The notes: a model not told the origin generated them from the letters alone. Shown: positions 1 to 12,209, numbered from the stretch's first letter. The stretch is DNA of 38,953 nucleotides from Octopus sinensis (GCF_006345805.1 NW_021835711.1:1-38953), one strand, 5' to 3'. Made by a program: numbers and translations.

Positions 1-659
1 ATCACTACATCAACGTAACTTTCCTCTTTTCGTTTACTTTTCTGTTCTTTTTCTCTTTTTGTCATGGTCATCATCGTCACCTCTTCCTTATTATCAAGCT
101 CCCAACCACTTCCTTATTTTATTTACCTGTTTTTTTTTTATTTATATAAAACTTTGTTTTCTATCCGTTCGCCATCATAATCATCATCGCCGCTCTCTCC
201 ATCACACCACCTCGCATCATATCACATATACCACTAACATGATCGTCAGCACTAGCACGACCATTACCAATACCATCACAAATACCACTAAATTCACCGC
301 TACACCAAATTACCTGACTACAATCAATTGCACAAGGAATGCTGAGTCTACTACGACAATGATTGACATTAATTAACATCTTTCTCATTACTATTACACT
401 GCCACCAACAACCCATTACCACCACTAGCAGAAAAGCCATCATGAACCATTTCGATCCAGCACTGTTGATATCAGCGCCACCAGAATTAACTGCAGCCTC
501 ATCAGCAGCATCAACCGCGTCTATTTCCGAAAAATATAGAGGGCTGAATTTGTCGATTGGGGGGAGAATCTTGTAGTATTGGTGAGCGTTCAACGGTATT
601 GGAACGTTCAAGGGTATAAAGATCGATGATTGAAGTGATAAAGATTGATGATTGGTGTT

Positions 660-1659
660 AAGAAAAATGTAGCTGACAAAGAGGACTGGAAGCTTTTATC
701 ATGATGATTCATGATTCACGTCGAGTATCAAAATACCGTTAGCAGGGCTGCTGCTCAATGTTCTGCGAACATTTTAAAGGCTGTAAAATGTAACATAGAC
801 AACTGGAAGATACACAGTAAGTTCTGTCACAGCACCCGTGCGCCGGAATTCCTACAACAACTGCAGGACAATGTGATGGAAGGTCCAAGCCAGGGAATCT
901 GAATAAGGGCCTTTGCAACCATACTTTCATGGGGCGCAAGGGAATATTCTGATAACCAAATCGAAGGAGAACTGCTTGATGGGGTCTATGAAGCTCTGCA
1001 ACAGACTGTCGCACTTTTGTGAGCCGGAGATAATCTGGTTCTTAGATGAAACGATCTTCTTCCAGGGAAAGGGCACAGCACCAAGAACAGGTAGTTTGCC
1101 TACAATCTGTGATATCCCATGAATCATGAAAACCCAAGTCCCCCACCCACCATAGACTGTGACGGTCTTTGTATGTGTCTGCAGTGAGGATAACTCTATG
1201 CCGCCTCGAATCTTTGGACAAGGCCTTTGGCTCAATTCAGACGGCTATATGTAACTACAGGATCCTGTGGTCAAACGCTGCAAGGCCATATGTGTGGCAA
1301 TAGGTTTCTACGGCTTGCATATATCCGGAAAGTTTCAGAAGTGATTGTCTCAGAATTTCAACGACTTCATCTGCTCTAATTTCTGGTGCATCTGAGAAAG
1401 ACACTAACTACTCTGGCTGCAAAAACCAATCCGAGCTGGTGATCAAGATCGAGGTGTACGAATTACTTTCCATCCACTGAGTGAAGAACGCAATGTACCA
1501 AGTTCCAGAGTTGCCTTGAAGCCGAAGGCGGCTCCTTTGAGTAAACTATTACCTCTCAGAACTAATGTAGTTGATATTTTTTTAAAATCTATTACTTTTT
1601 GATGGGATATTGTGATTTCTTTTTACGCAAACTGTCAAATTTAGTTTGAACACGCCGTA
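660..1659 (+). mobile_element. Decayed Tc1/mariner-superfamily (maT/DD37D-like) DNA transposon; transposase pseudogene with stops and frameshifts
   Basis: Manual translation across frames: IIWFLDETIF (cf. FSDEKIF, first catalytic D), TVTVFVCVCSEDNSMPPRIFGQGLWLNSDGY, RPYVWQ*VS (cf. WQQDSA), QK*LSQNFNDF, C-terminus EAEGGSFE* (stop 1542-1544). A plausible right end lies at 1629-1657, followed by TA. No left TIR found; the left boundary is approximate. Confidence 0.85.
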
Positions 1660-2924
1660 ATCCAACGATATCTGTTAAAACGACATGAAAAGAAAACGTA
1701 TCGAAAAGCAACATAGCAACACAGAGTACGCAATCAATGACACCACCAAGGACTAGGTGAAGGAACCTCTAACAAGATCTGCTTGAAATGGTAGCCATTT
1801 ATTCTTCCCCTTATCAAAACACACTACATTTATTTTAAAATTCGGAAGAATATTTTAGATAATGTATTTCTACACAGGCTGCCTCTTACTAAAATACGGA
1901 ATAGTTAAAACATAATTCTACAAATAACGGTCGGACTGAACTGGGTTAAACAACAATATCTGCAACATGATCACATGTAGCAAGAACGAAAACCATTTTA
2001 GCGTCAAAAACTGCAATGGTATCAACAAATAAAATAAAAACATCAAGAACGTGAACTTCTTCAAGAGCGACAACACCAGAGCCTCAATACTAACGTATCA
2101 ACAGTGGTATCGGCATCATCAACATTTTAAACAACGTCACAGACATTAACCCCACAAGCAGTGCCACCAATCTTTATTTTCCTTCTGCCTACTTCCCTTC
2201 TTTTTGAAAGCCTCGTGCACAACTCAGTTTCGACAATAGCAACTGATGACCATTAACACTCAAAATTGAAATTGCAAACGATGAGACAGAGAGTGAGCTA
2301 GGCAAAGAGATGGGGAGGCAGACTGACAAGCGACCAGAAAACAAAAACGAAAGAACGGAGAGGAAAAATTAAACCAAAGGAGAAGGAAAAGGAAAATAGG
2401 TGGAAGTGTGTGCTTCAACACTAGAGTCATTACGGAGATTGTCAAATTTCTCATATTAGTCACATATGGTATTAAACTTGAGAATTTGTTCCTTAAGGGT
2501 GTCTGGTTCAACCCACGGTCTAATTCATTAACGGATTTAACAAGACAGTGATTTTGTGGATATTGGTGTAGGGTAGGGTGGGAATAAAAGGCAGAATGCA
2601 GTGGGTGGTATTTTGTATTCAATTTTCTTAAATATAAAACGACCACTTCTGCTTAGACAGAAAGTAAGAAAGAAGTAAACTATTTAACAACAAAATCAAG
2701 CAAAATTAGCGAAAATACTGGTGAATATTTATTTTATGAAAATTTATTCATCTTTATTACATTTGAAGGTTTAACTTATTATCATAGCAGCTATATATAA
2801 ATATTATTGTGTCTGGTGAGAATCATTCTCTTTTGGTGCATTATTACTTAACACACACACACACACACACGCATGCACACACACACATACACACATACAT
2901 CCATGTATAGATATATATTCATAC

Positions 2925-3123
2925 CTACTCTAGGCACAAGGCCCGAAAGTTTGGCCTTGTGCCTAGAGATCGACCAAATTACGCAATTGGTACGTAATTT
3001 ATCGACCTCGAAAGGATGAAAGGCAAGTCGGCCACGGTGGAATTTGAACTCAGAACGTAAGACAGACGAAATACCGTTAAGCATTTCACCCAGCGTGCTA
3101 CCGCTTCTGCCAGCTCGCCGCCT
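2925..3123 (-). mobile_element. tRNA-headed SINE, family 1 (Octopus-type)
   Basis: Minus strand starts AGGCGGCGAGCTGGCAGAAGCGGTAG (A-box-like) and has GAGTTCAAATTCC (B-box). It aligns with the copies at 7426-7598 and 16981-17127. Confidence 0.85.
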
Positions 3124-3550
3124 TTTTATAGATATATATTAGATGATAAAACGAATGGTTTATACCTTGTGTCTTACTGGTAAAGCATGGTCATTTTCAG
3201 TGTTCACTAATGGTACAGTAAATGACAGACGGAAGATGGAAGACACGAGAATTTAAATTAATCAGGACAATTGTTTTGACATATCTCGCATCGATCTCTG
3301 GCGAGTGGAATACTTAACAACTGGTTCAGGAGCATATATCCTATAATTTGATGCTTTTCTTTACACGAAATGAGAAGATACCATGTGGAATTGTTATTTT
3401 AACTAGTTATATATATTTGAGACTCGAAGACACACATCTGACAAGGCGAGCTCCCTAGGCACCGAGCATGGTCAGGTCACTAGTGATTTCGCGTTTACAT
3501 TAACGCTCGTCAGTAGCTCGCCTCGCTTGCTAATAAATAAGAAGGTGCAA

Positions 3551-3889
3551 TATTGTGGCTATGAGTTTTTGACTTTTATTTCTAGCAGTGCTGATGCTGA
3601 ATAGCGCCCTCAGTCGCTTTACTGGAGTGTATATTTTTGCCCTTCGGTTGAAAAAGTGCTGACAATTTTAATCTGAAAAGGGTAATTTATTTTAACCCAA
3701 GGCACCGGTGAGACCTACAGAAGAGCGTTGTTGTAAGCGCGAAAGCATTAGTGATCTGGCTTACTAGGTGCTTAGGGAACTCACCACCCTTGTCAGTAGA
3801 TAAGACCGTCCGTTATTGTGGTTATGAGTTGTTTTGATTCTTATTTCTAGCAATATTGGTGTCGAATAGCGCCCTCAGTCGGTTTAGTG
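3551..3889. repeat. Imperfect ~75 bp direct repeat pair (3551-3624, 3814-3889) flanking a degenerate HHR-like motif; possible PLE 3' end
   Basis: Both units read tattgtggYtatgagtt...ttatttctagca...gaatagcgccctcagtcg. Between them is ccta-CAGAAGA-gcg..cgc-GAAA at 3714-3768. Confidence 0.55.
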
Positions 3890-4220
3890 ATATATATGTG
3901 TGTGTGTGTGTGTGTGTGAGCATACTTTTGCATATTCACATAAATATATATATATACGACCTTGAACCCACAAGAGTAAACAAGAGAGACAGAAACAGGC
4001 AGAATCAAGGAAAATGTCCCTTGTATTTGAACACTATGCAAATATTCTTTAAAAAATACTTTTCTTATCATTTTTCTAAACTTAATTGTTTGCCATACTT
4101 ACAGTTGAAAAAGTCTCAATGACTGAAACCGGTACTGAAATGTTTTTTATAAAATTATTTTAGCATTTTCTACCTTGACTTTTTTCCATATATATATATA
4201 CACATATTTATATATATATA

Positions 4221-4410
4221 GGCGTGTCTCTTTGGTCAGAAGCTTGCTTCCCAACCACATGGTTCCGGGGTCCGTCCCACTGCACTGCACCTTGGACATG
4301 TGTTTTCTACTATAACATTAGGCCAATCAAATCCTTATGAGTGTATTTCGTAGACGGAAACTGAAAGAAGCCCGTCGTAAAATATATATATATTAATATA
4401 TAATATATAT

Positions 4411-4464
<54 letters not shown>

Positions 4465-4690
4465 CTGTCTATCGAAATGTGTGTGTGTCTTTGTGTCTGA
4501 GTCTGTCCGTACTAACGCGCCACTCGTTGAAAACCGGTGTTGTGTTTAAGTAACTGTGGTCTGGCAAAAAGACCGATAGAATAAGTACCAGGTTTAACAA
4601 ACCTAATCACTGGGTCGATGTATTCAATCAAAAATTCTTCAAGGCACTGCCCCACCATTGCCGCAGCCAAATGACTGAAACAAATAAAAT
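4221..4690 (+). mobile_element. tRNA-headed SINE, family 2 (Octopus-type, with internal microsatellite)
   Basis: Head agcttgcttcccaaccacatggttccggg; core gtagacggaaactgaaagaagcccgtcg; internal (AT)n/(GT)n; tail gaccgatagaataagtac...aaatgactgaaacaa. These blocks recur in many copies in the window. Confidence 0.85.
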
Positions 4691-4694
4691 ACTA

Positions 4695-4735
<41 letters not shown>

Positions 4736-4754
4736 TGTGTATAATATTAGTCTT

Positions 4755-5327
4755 TCATCCTTTTACTTGTTTCAATCACTTGACTGCAGCCATGCTGGTT
4801 TTTAGCCTAGTACTTATTCTATCAGTTTCATTTGCCGAACGCTAGATTACGGGGCATAAACACACCAACATCGGTTGCCAAGCGATTGGGTTTGGGGAAA
4901 AACCGACAAAATGATACACATATACACACATACACACATATACTATGGGTTTCTTAGATCTTTTCACTTTAATTGGCAGATCGAGAAATTAATTTTTTTG
5001 TAAGTAAACACTTTCAAACTTCGGACACTGGTAGAATGTGTCATATAAAACATCTTTTACTCTTAGCTTTGTTGAGAAAAGTTTCTATTTACGAGGTTAT
5101 TTCGTGTTAAAGTTGTCGTATTTTGGTAATTTTAACCAATCAATGACATGCATTCAGCTGAATAAAATTATTGCTGTTGTTTGTCAACAACAACTACCGA
5201 TGAAAGTGAAAAAATCCGGCTTCTTTCAGTTTCCGTCTACCAAATCAACTTACAAGGCTATGGTCGGTCCGAGGCTATAGTGGAAGACCCTTCCCGAGGT
5301 GCCATGCAGTGGGACTGAATCCGGATG
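4755..5327 (-). mobile_element. SINE family 2, interrupted by a MITE
   Basis: Reverse complement of the family 2 tail (4755-4955) and of the head/core (5218-5327: ttctttcagtttccgtctaccaaatc...gtgggactgaatccgga). Confidence 0.85.
4956..5217. mobile_element. Non-autonomous hAT-like MITE inserted in a SINE
   Basis: TIRs agatcttttcacttt / aaagtgaaaaaatcc (13/15 match). 8-bp target duplication ggtttctt (4948-4955) / ggcttctt (5218-5225). The host SINE resumes cleanly after it. Confidence 0.75.
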
Positions 5328-5674
5328 CATCTAATAATGTATGTGAATCTTCTAAAGGATATATGATCATACGTTCCTCTTATGTTTTTTTTTTTTGACT
5401 TTTTTGTTTTTTTTTTAATTTAAAAGCCACTAATAATTTCTACTCTATAGGTTCCATGCGCACTGAAGAATGTGACTGTTATATTTGAATTGTTAACTGA
5501 CCCATAAGTATACTTCTTGTGTATCGTAATGTTTTGGTAGTTTGTGAGGTTGTAGTGGTCGCCACCCGGTCAGTTTAACAGTTTAATTTATTATTTAAAA
5601 GTTGTTTCTCTTCTGGCTGTTTCTTTCGACCATATCTTTTTCTTATATTTTCTTTTTTGAACAAATGTTCTTTT

Positions 5675-6040
5675 AAACAATTGCAGCGTGGAAGGTGTTT
5701 ATAAGCCATTTAAGAAACACACAAAAACTGTTAGATTCGTACATACATAAATATATAAATACATACACACACATACATACGTACATATATATCATGAACT
5801 AACTGTTACTTTCTCAGATGCAGCACGAAGTTTTGTCAGTGAACAGGTCGCGGTCTGAAAGCGACGAAAATATTTTGACAAATTAAATTTAAATGTTGAA
5901 GTGAATCTAACGGTGTTTGTGTGTTTCTTAAATGGCTTATAAACACCTTACAGGTTGCAATTGTTTTCGTTCATGCACACGATCTCAGATCAAGTCACTC
6001 GCTATGCAAGTACATCTTTTCTTTTAAATTTCTCCGTAAA
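5675..6040 (+). mobile_element. PLE-like short element family A, preceded by an inverted copy of part of itself
   Basis: 5830-6040 aligns with 27146-27339. 5675-5738 is the reverse complement of 5903-5966. Contains an HHR-like motif. Confidence 0.65.
5832..5882 (+). ncRNA. Variant minimal type I hammerhead-like motif (G3:C8 core)
   Basis: Stem I UUUGUCA/UGACAAA; core GUGAACA plus an extra G; stem II GUCGC/GCGAC; GAAA; palindromic stem III AUAU; UU at the cleavage position. Confidence 0.55.
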
Positions 6041-6407
6041 GTACTTTTGGTGTTCACATAATAGGGTACTATTTCAATTGCCTACTAAGTGACTGATATA
6101 TGATTGTTTCTGCTCTTTTTAGACACTAGTTATGTTTGGAGATGTCACAGAACCTCTGTTGTGTCTAATTCTCAAAAGGCAAATATTCAATGTATACTTG
6201 CTTTACATATACTTTTAAACAAATTTTAGATAGTATTTCGACGACTACTACTAAATGGCTGTGTAAGGTACATAATATGTAATGAATATAATGTATTGGA
6301 AATACGTCTGAAATCTGCATGTAGTTTTCTCAGGAATCCGTTTAATTTTATTTCGTGTAGTTATACACTTGCGGTTATAGATAAGAAACTATTGTGAACG
6401 TTAACGA

Positions 6408-6808
6408 TGGTAAGAAGCTTGCTTCTTATCAGCCGCATTGTTTCGGGTTCAGTTCCGCTGTCTGGCATGTTGGGCAATTGTTTTCTACTATAGCCTCAGG
6501 CCGACAAAATTGTTGAGTTGATTTGGTAGACGGAAACTGAAAGAAGCCTGTCGTATACAGACTGTATATGTGTGTATGTGTGTGTATCAATGTGTGTTTC
6601 TTTCTATCTGGGTTTGTCTCCCCCATCACCGTTTGACAAGCGATGGTGATGCGTTTACGTCCCTATTACTTAGCAGTTCAGCAAAAAAGACCGATGGAAT
6701 GAGTACTAGGATTAAGAAATAAGTCCTGGGTCGATTTGTTCAACTGAAACCCTCCAAGGCGGTGCTCCAGCATGGGTGTAGTCAAATGACTGACATAGCT
6801 AAAAGAAT
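6408..6808 (+). mobile_element. SINE family 2
   Basis: Same head, core and tail blocks as 4221-4690 (ggtaagaagcttgcttc; ggtagacggaaactgaaagaagcc; ggcggtgctccagcatgg). Confidence 0.85.
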
Positions 6809-7425
6809 ATGATAGGAAATTTCTTGCTATATTGTTTTGTTTTAAACGTTTTCCTGGACTGCAATATTTCTGTTTTTATCTTCTGTTCTCACGCTCTTTG
6901 CTCTTGTTATATGTTCCTGTTTCTCTGGAAGTCCAGAAAGACCACCAATGTGTGTATGATATGCATCTGTGTGCGTGTGCGTTTGTTTGTGCAGCGTGCG
7001 TGTGTGCGTGCGCGCGTCTACGCATGGCATATCTTTCATCAGTTGGAGAATATATTAGCTATTTCCTTTTAACGTTATAAAATATTAATTGATAATTGCT
7101 TTGTTCTCTCTTTAAACATAGTTGCAATTAGATCTCAACATGGTCTAGTTTTTTTTTTTTATATTTAGACATAATTAATTCTCGATAAATGAGTGGTAAT
7201 TTAATTCTGTGGTGGTTAATTAAATCTTTAAATGCAAAAAAATTAGTGTGAGTCTGTCTTTGTGGAGAGTCATTGCTAGTTTTTACTTTGTGTACAGCCT
7301 TATGTACATGTTCCTTTTTTTCTTTGTCGTATCCACATTGTAAAAAGAAGTTTACAATTTCACACTCCATGACTCGGTGTAGTTTATCACCCTCATACTG
7401 AATAAAGTTTGGCATTCCCTGTTTA

Positions 7426-7598
7426 GGTATTCCTTTCTACTCTAGGCACAAGGCCCGAAATTTTGGGGGAGAGGGCCATTCGATTAGATCGACCCCAGTA
7501 CTCAACTGATGCTTAATTTATCGCCTCCGAAAGGACGAAAAGCAAAGTCGACCTCGGCGGAATTTGAGCTCAGAGCATAAAGACAGACGCTGGCCACT
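7426..7598 (-). mobile_element. SINE family 1, 5'-truncated or rearranged, with target-site duplication
   Basis: Aligns with 2925-3070. Flanked by the direct repeat ttccctgttta at 7415-7425 and 7599-7609. Confidence 0.85.
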
Positions 7599-8057
7599 TT
7601 CCCTGTTTAATAGGTATGAATCACCAAAGGGCAATGAGTTAAGTTTCATAAAATTATATAGCAGCTAGATGAAACGTGTGTTTTGGTATTTTGTTTGACG
7701 GGGGGGGGGGTTCTTTTTTGTTCAACGTAATATAGGTAACTTATCAAATATAGTAACTGGAACGGTACAATGTATTAATTTACCTGGAATTTTCATTTTA
7801 CTTTAAAATTCTCATCAGAATTTGAAATAGTCGATGCCATAATGAGAATCCGAAACATGCAATCACTCAGTGTCAACTTATACACATATATAGGCATATT
7901 CATATAGTTTATTGAAGTTGTCGTCTAACTCCAAGTTATACTTGATAGTGCTGATATATCTTCGATCAATGGCCAATCTGGTCATAAGTACAGAGTTCTG
8001 GAATAATCAATATAAGATTTTATTTGATGTTTGTAAAAGATTTCGCTGCTATATACG

Positions 8058-8180
8058 CGCAGGTGCGGCTGCGAGGTTAAAACTTTGCTTTCCAACCACA
8101 TGGTTCTGAATTCAGCACCCCTCCATGCCTATCAGAGACTTGTAAGTGGATTTGATAGGTGGAAAATGAATGAAGCTTGA
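8058..8180 (+). mobile_element. SINE family 2, 5' fragment (degenerate)
   Basis: tttgctttccaaccacatggttctgaattcag...cttgtaagtggatttgataggtggaaaatgaatgaagc matches the family 2 head and core. Confidence 0.6.
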
Positions 8181-8889
8181 AATCCGTTCTCATGGATATA
8201 AGGTTTACTAAATTTTTATTCCCTCAAATGTCTTGCTCGAGTAAAAACAACGCGCTAAAAATGTTTTATCGTCGTTTTGGGTTTTAACTGCCAAATTTAG
8301 AATGTAAGAAATCTACATGGTGGTTTTCTGTCCGTGTTGATGACATACACTATTATATTTTTAAATATTTATGTCTTTTGACTTTTATCACGCATGCTAA
8401 CCACTGGTATAAGTAATTTAATAATTTACCCTTGTATATATATATATATATATATATATAATCACTACAAGAAGATACTACTATGGTATTAATATTAAGA
8501 TATATTAAATACAGTATAGTATGAGTGGCTCGCTAGCAAATAAAAACCAAATAGGAGTTAATAAATAGAAGGTGCGAAATATCCCCAGCGATTGCTAAAA
8601 ATAAGTGTAAAAAATTAACTCTGAAAGCTACAAAAAACATTTACGTGAAGCAAGCTCATCAAACTAAAACGACTTTTCTCTTGTGAAATACATTCATAAA
8701 AAGACATAGCTGGACAAGGCTTTATCACGTGATTTTGAAATTTAACCAATAAGGTCTTGCTTCCCTTTGGAAGCATCTACCAACTATTAGGCGCTAAATA
8801 AATAGTTTGCTTCGTAATAGTAAATGAGAATAGGAAACAGTTGATAAGCAGCGCCAAATTCAAACGGTTAGATTGTGTGAGGAATACAG

Positions 8890-9065
8890 GGTGTGCAGGT
8901 GTGTATGTGTGTGTCTATGTCCTCGTAACCTAGTGGTTCGGCAAAAAGAGACTCATAGATTGAGCTTCAAAGTATTGGGTTCGATTTGTACGACTAAAAT
9001 TTTTAAATGCAGTACCCCAGGATGACTACAGTCATATAACTGTAACAAGTAAAAGATAAAAGATA
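8890..9065 (+). mobile_element. SINE family 2, 3' fragment
   Basis: cgtaacctagtggttcggcaaaaagagac...gactaaa...acaagtaaaagataaaagata matches the family 2 tail. Confidence 0.65.
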
Positions 9066-10289
9066 GTGCGTATTTATATATATATAATATATATATATTG
9101 TTTGTGTGTTGTTGTGTGTTGTGTGTGCATATGCATATGTGTGCTCACAATTACGACCTGGCACACACGCTTATTACTCCTCTGTACCTCCATATAAATT
9201 CAGTTGCAACGACAGCCTTAACAACGACAGCAGCAATATTAATAACATTAATAACAAGAAAATCATTGTCACTAGAGAAACTATGAAAATGCCTTTTTAG
9301 ATAATTAGGTACTTGTTAATTAAAATGTTGACTGATTAACTGACTAGCGTAGATATCTGACGAGCAGATGTCTGATTATATAAATGACCCAATGGCCATA
9401 TTCCTAGTGACTGATTACATACAAGAAGTCGTTTGTATTTCTCCCTTTTCTTTTTTTTTATGATGACTGATTAGAAATATATCAATCAGCCACCAGTTGA
9501 CTAATTAGATATTTGTATACTACAAGACTGATAATTAAAAATGTTATCCATGTTTTAGTTCTACTATAGATATGTAACACACACACTATAATAAAGCCAA
9601 TGTGTGTGTGTACGTGTGCGTGCGTGTGTATCTGTGCGCATTATGGAATGTTTTCTATACTGGGAAAAGATAGGTAACTAAAGCCATTCTTTACTTGATA
9701 ACCGTTTCTTTAATTAGGCTAACAGGCATCCATTAAAAAAAACTTATATATAATTAGAATTCATAGATTTCATATTCTCACCTGCTCAATATCACGTATT
9801 CAGCCGATGTACAAACGTAGCACCATTTTGCTTATGCTTTTAGTTTGCTTGTTTGTCTGTTTGTTTTTATGTTTTCCATTTGACATTTCGGTGAAGAGCA
9901 TCTTGAAGATGTTATTCTACTTGAATCCCTCCAGAAGTATTCATATGCATTCATAGTACTTACTGAACTAATGACTAGAAAACAATATTCATTTCGACGG
10001 TGTTTTGTGCTAATATGAGGGCTTGTCTGTAATTAAGAAATCTATCAGAAATTACAACGAAATTTCACTCAAGTAATACTGCTCCATCTTTAGAAAATGG
10101 CACATCACATAGTTGTCTGTGGAACCAAATATCAGCCACATCCTGACAGAAATTTTTTTTTAAGTGATAGATAACTCTGGAATGCTTTTATATAGCTGTA
10201 TGCGGGCACAAATGTTACAGGTCCAACAAGAACACGTTTGTGGTGATGATTTGCCCGTACTAAATGTAGCTGAATATATATATATATAA

Positions 10290-10331
<42 letters not shown>

Positions 10332-11048
10332 ATATATATATAGATAGATATATATATAGACAGATAAATGGATGTGCTGATTCATTTGAGAAAGAATTTT
10401 TTTACTTATGACAGACCAAGATACAGTCTACGACTGAGTGTAAATTTTATACGTTCACAAACCATCTATATCAGCTATACATACACAACAATTTCAACAG
10501 TCGCATTAGCAGATAAAAACAATCGGGATAAACATGAATGGCTAATTTGAATAATGCAATTAAATTGATGCTCTGCTGTCTGAGAAAATTTCCACTATTC
10601 ATTCAAAGGTAAATAAACGTCTTTTACATTAGCACAACCTATCAGTTTTCACAGAGAGTGGTAAAGTTGATTGAATTAGGTGATGTATTTTAGTAGAAGT
10701 TACAGATATATATATATATATATATATATATCAATAATTGAGGGTAAAATTAATTAGTTATTAATCAATTTCACCAAGTAGTGTTCAGTATGTAAAAGGA
10801 CCATTTAAGGCGAATTCAAAATATTACATTATATAATTAGGGCTTAGTAAAATAAATTACTTTGCCACATACTGAACTTTCTAGAAATAGCAGCCAAAAA
10901 GTTTTTAGCCATTTCCACTACTTTAAGAAAACTTCTCTCAGATAATGTTTACTCAAAAATAACTCACGAAGGTATGGAGGTAAAAACAGTAAAATATCAC
11001 CAGTACAAAGATCATTTGAGAACGTCAACGTTTCTAGATTAGCCGAAA

Positions 11049-11429
11049 TCTCTCTATATATAAACGGCAGTTTGTCTGTGTGTGTGTCTGTGTGTCTGTC
11101 AGGTTGTACCCTCACCCTGACCATGGCTTTCAACCGATTCTGATGAAACTTGACACACACATAGCCCAATGTCATAATTCAAAACTAACGCAGGCGAAAA
11201 TTTTGAAAGTTCCCCCCCCCATTCTGAAAAAATCGATAATTCGACATGGGGTCAAGAATCAGAAACACAAACCACAGACAGTCTAGGGGACGCAACTCGA
11301 CCTTTTTAACTCTCAAAAAAATTTACCATCATTTTTTTCCCATTTTTTCTATTTTTTGGCTATAACTTCTCTAAAAATGCTTTATAGTTATTTCCTTACA
11401 AACCCGAGCAACGCCGGCGATACTGCTAG
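11049..11429 (+). mobile_element. Non-autonomous Helitron
   Basis: A|TC 5' end with tctctctatatataaa, then (GTCT/GT)n and ccgattctgatgaaactt. 3' GC hairpin ccgagcaacgccgg (11404-11417) lies 8 nt before CTAG|T. No TSD. Confidence 0.8.
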
Positions 11430-11473
11430 TATATATATATGAGAGAGAGAGAGAGGAGGATGGAGAGAGGACT

Positions 11474-11513
<40 letters not shown>

Positions 11514-11664
11514 ACACAAGTGGTGTTTAAAATTTATAGTGCTGTATCTAAGCAGAAATGTTACGACGGGTCATAGATTAACAGAATACAGATATGCAGT
11601 TATAAAAAAGCATGAGACTAACCAACATAGCATAAATGCCTCATCCTCAGGTAAAATCTGAAAC

Positions 11665-11945
11665 ATGAGTCTGGTATTTATTTTATCGGTCTGATTTACG
11701 GGGACGTAAACACACCAACGCCGGTTGTCAAGTGTGGGGGGGACAAACATCGATGCAAAGATACACACATACATACATACATACATACATACATACATAC
11801 ATACATACATACATACATGTCTTTCAGTTTCTGTCTCCAAATACATTCACAAGGCTTTGGTCATCCCGAGGTTATAGTAGAAGATACTTCAGACGGACTG
11901 AAGGTGGAACTAGCGGTTCGGAAACAAGCTTCTTATCACCACACC
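11665..11945 (-). mobile_element. SINE family 2 with internal (TACA)n
   Basis: acgggacgtaaacacaccaacgccggttgtcaag, ctttcagtttctgtct and gaaacaagcttcttatcaccac are reverse complements of family 2 blocks. Confidence 0.75.
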
Positions 11946-12193
11946 TATAATATTTGTGTATATGTGTGTGTATATATAGCGTACGACAGATATATATATA
12001 TATACACCTGCCGTACGCTACCAACAAATGACACCTAACGGTAGTTTTTATTCAACTGTGGTCTCAGTATTACGAGACCCATTCCGATCGGTGAACCTGT
12101 TCTCCTACGTGTTGATGCAGCTAGATTCTAAAAACAAATCGCATATTTTAATTTATCTATACAGATAAATATACATACATAAAACATATTGCT

Positions 12194-12209
12194 AGATAGA
12201 TAGACAGAC

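Noticed and set aside
5455-5500. CTGAAGA followed by a hairpin
   Set aside because: The GAAA box is absent (TGAAT) and there is no stem I; too degenerate to call.
7775-7822. Minus-strand CTGATGA...GAAA
   Set aside because: Only an AU-rich offset stem II, with no credible stem III or stem I; likely chance.
11135-11160. CTGATGA within the Helitron
   Set aside because: No stem II between the core and GAAA, and no stem I/III; part of the ccgattctgatgaaactt Helitron motif.
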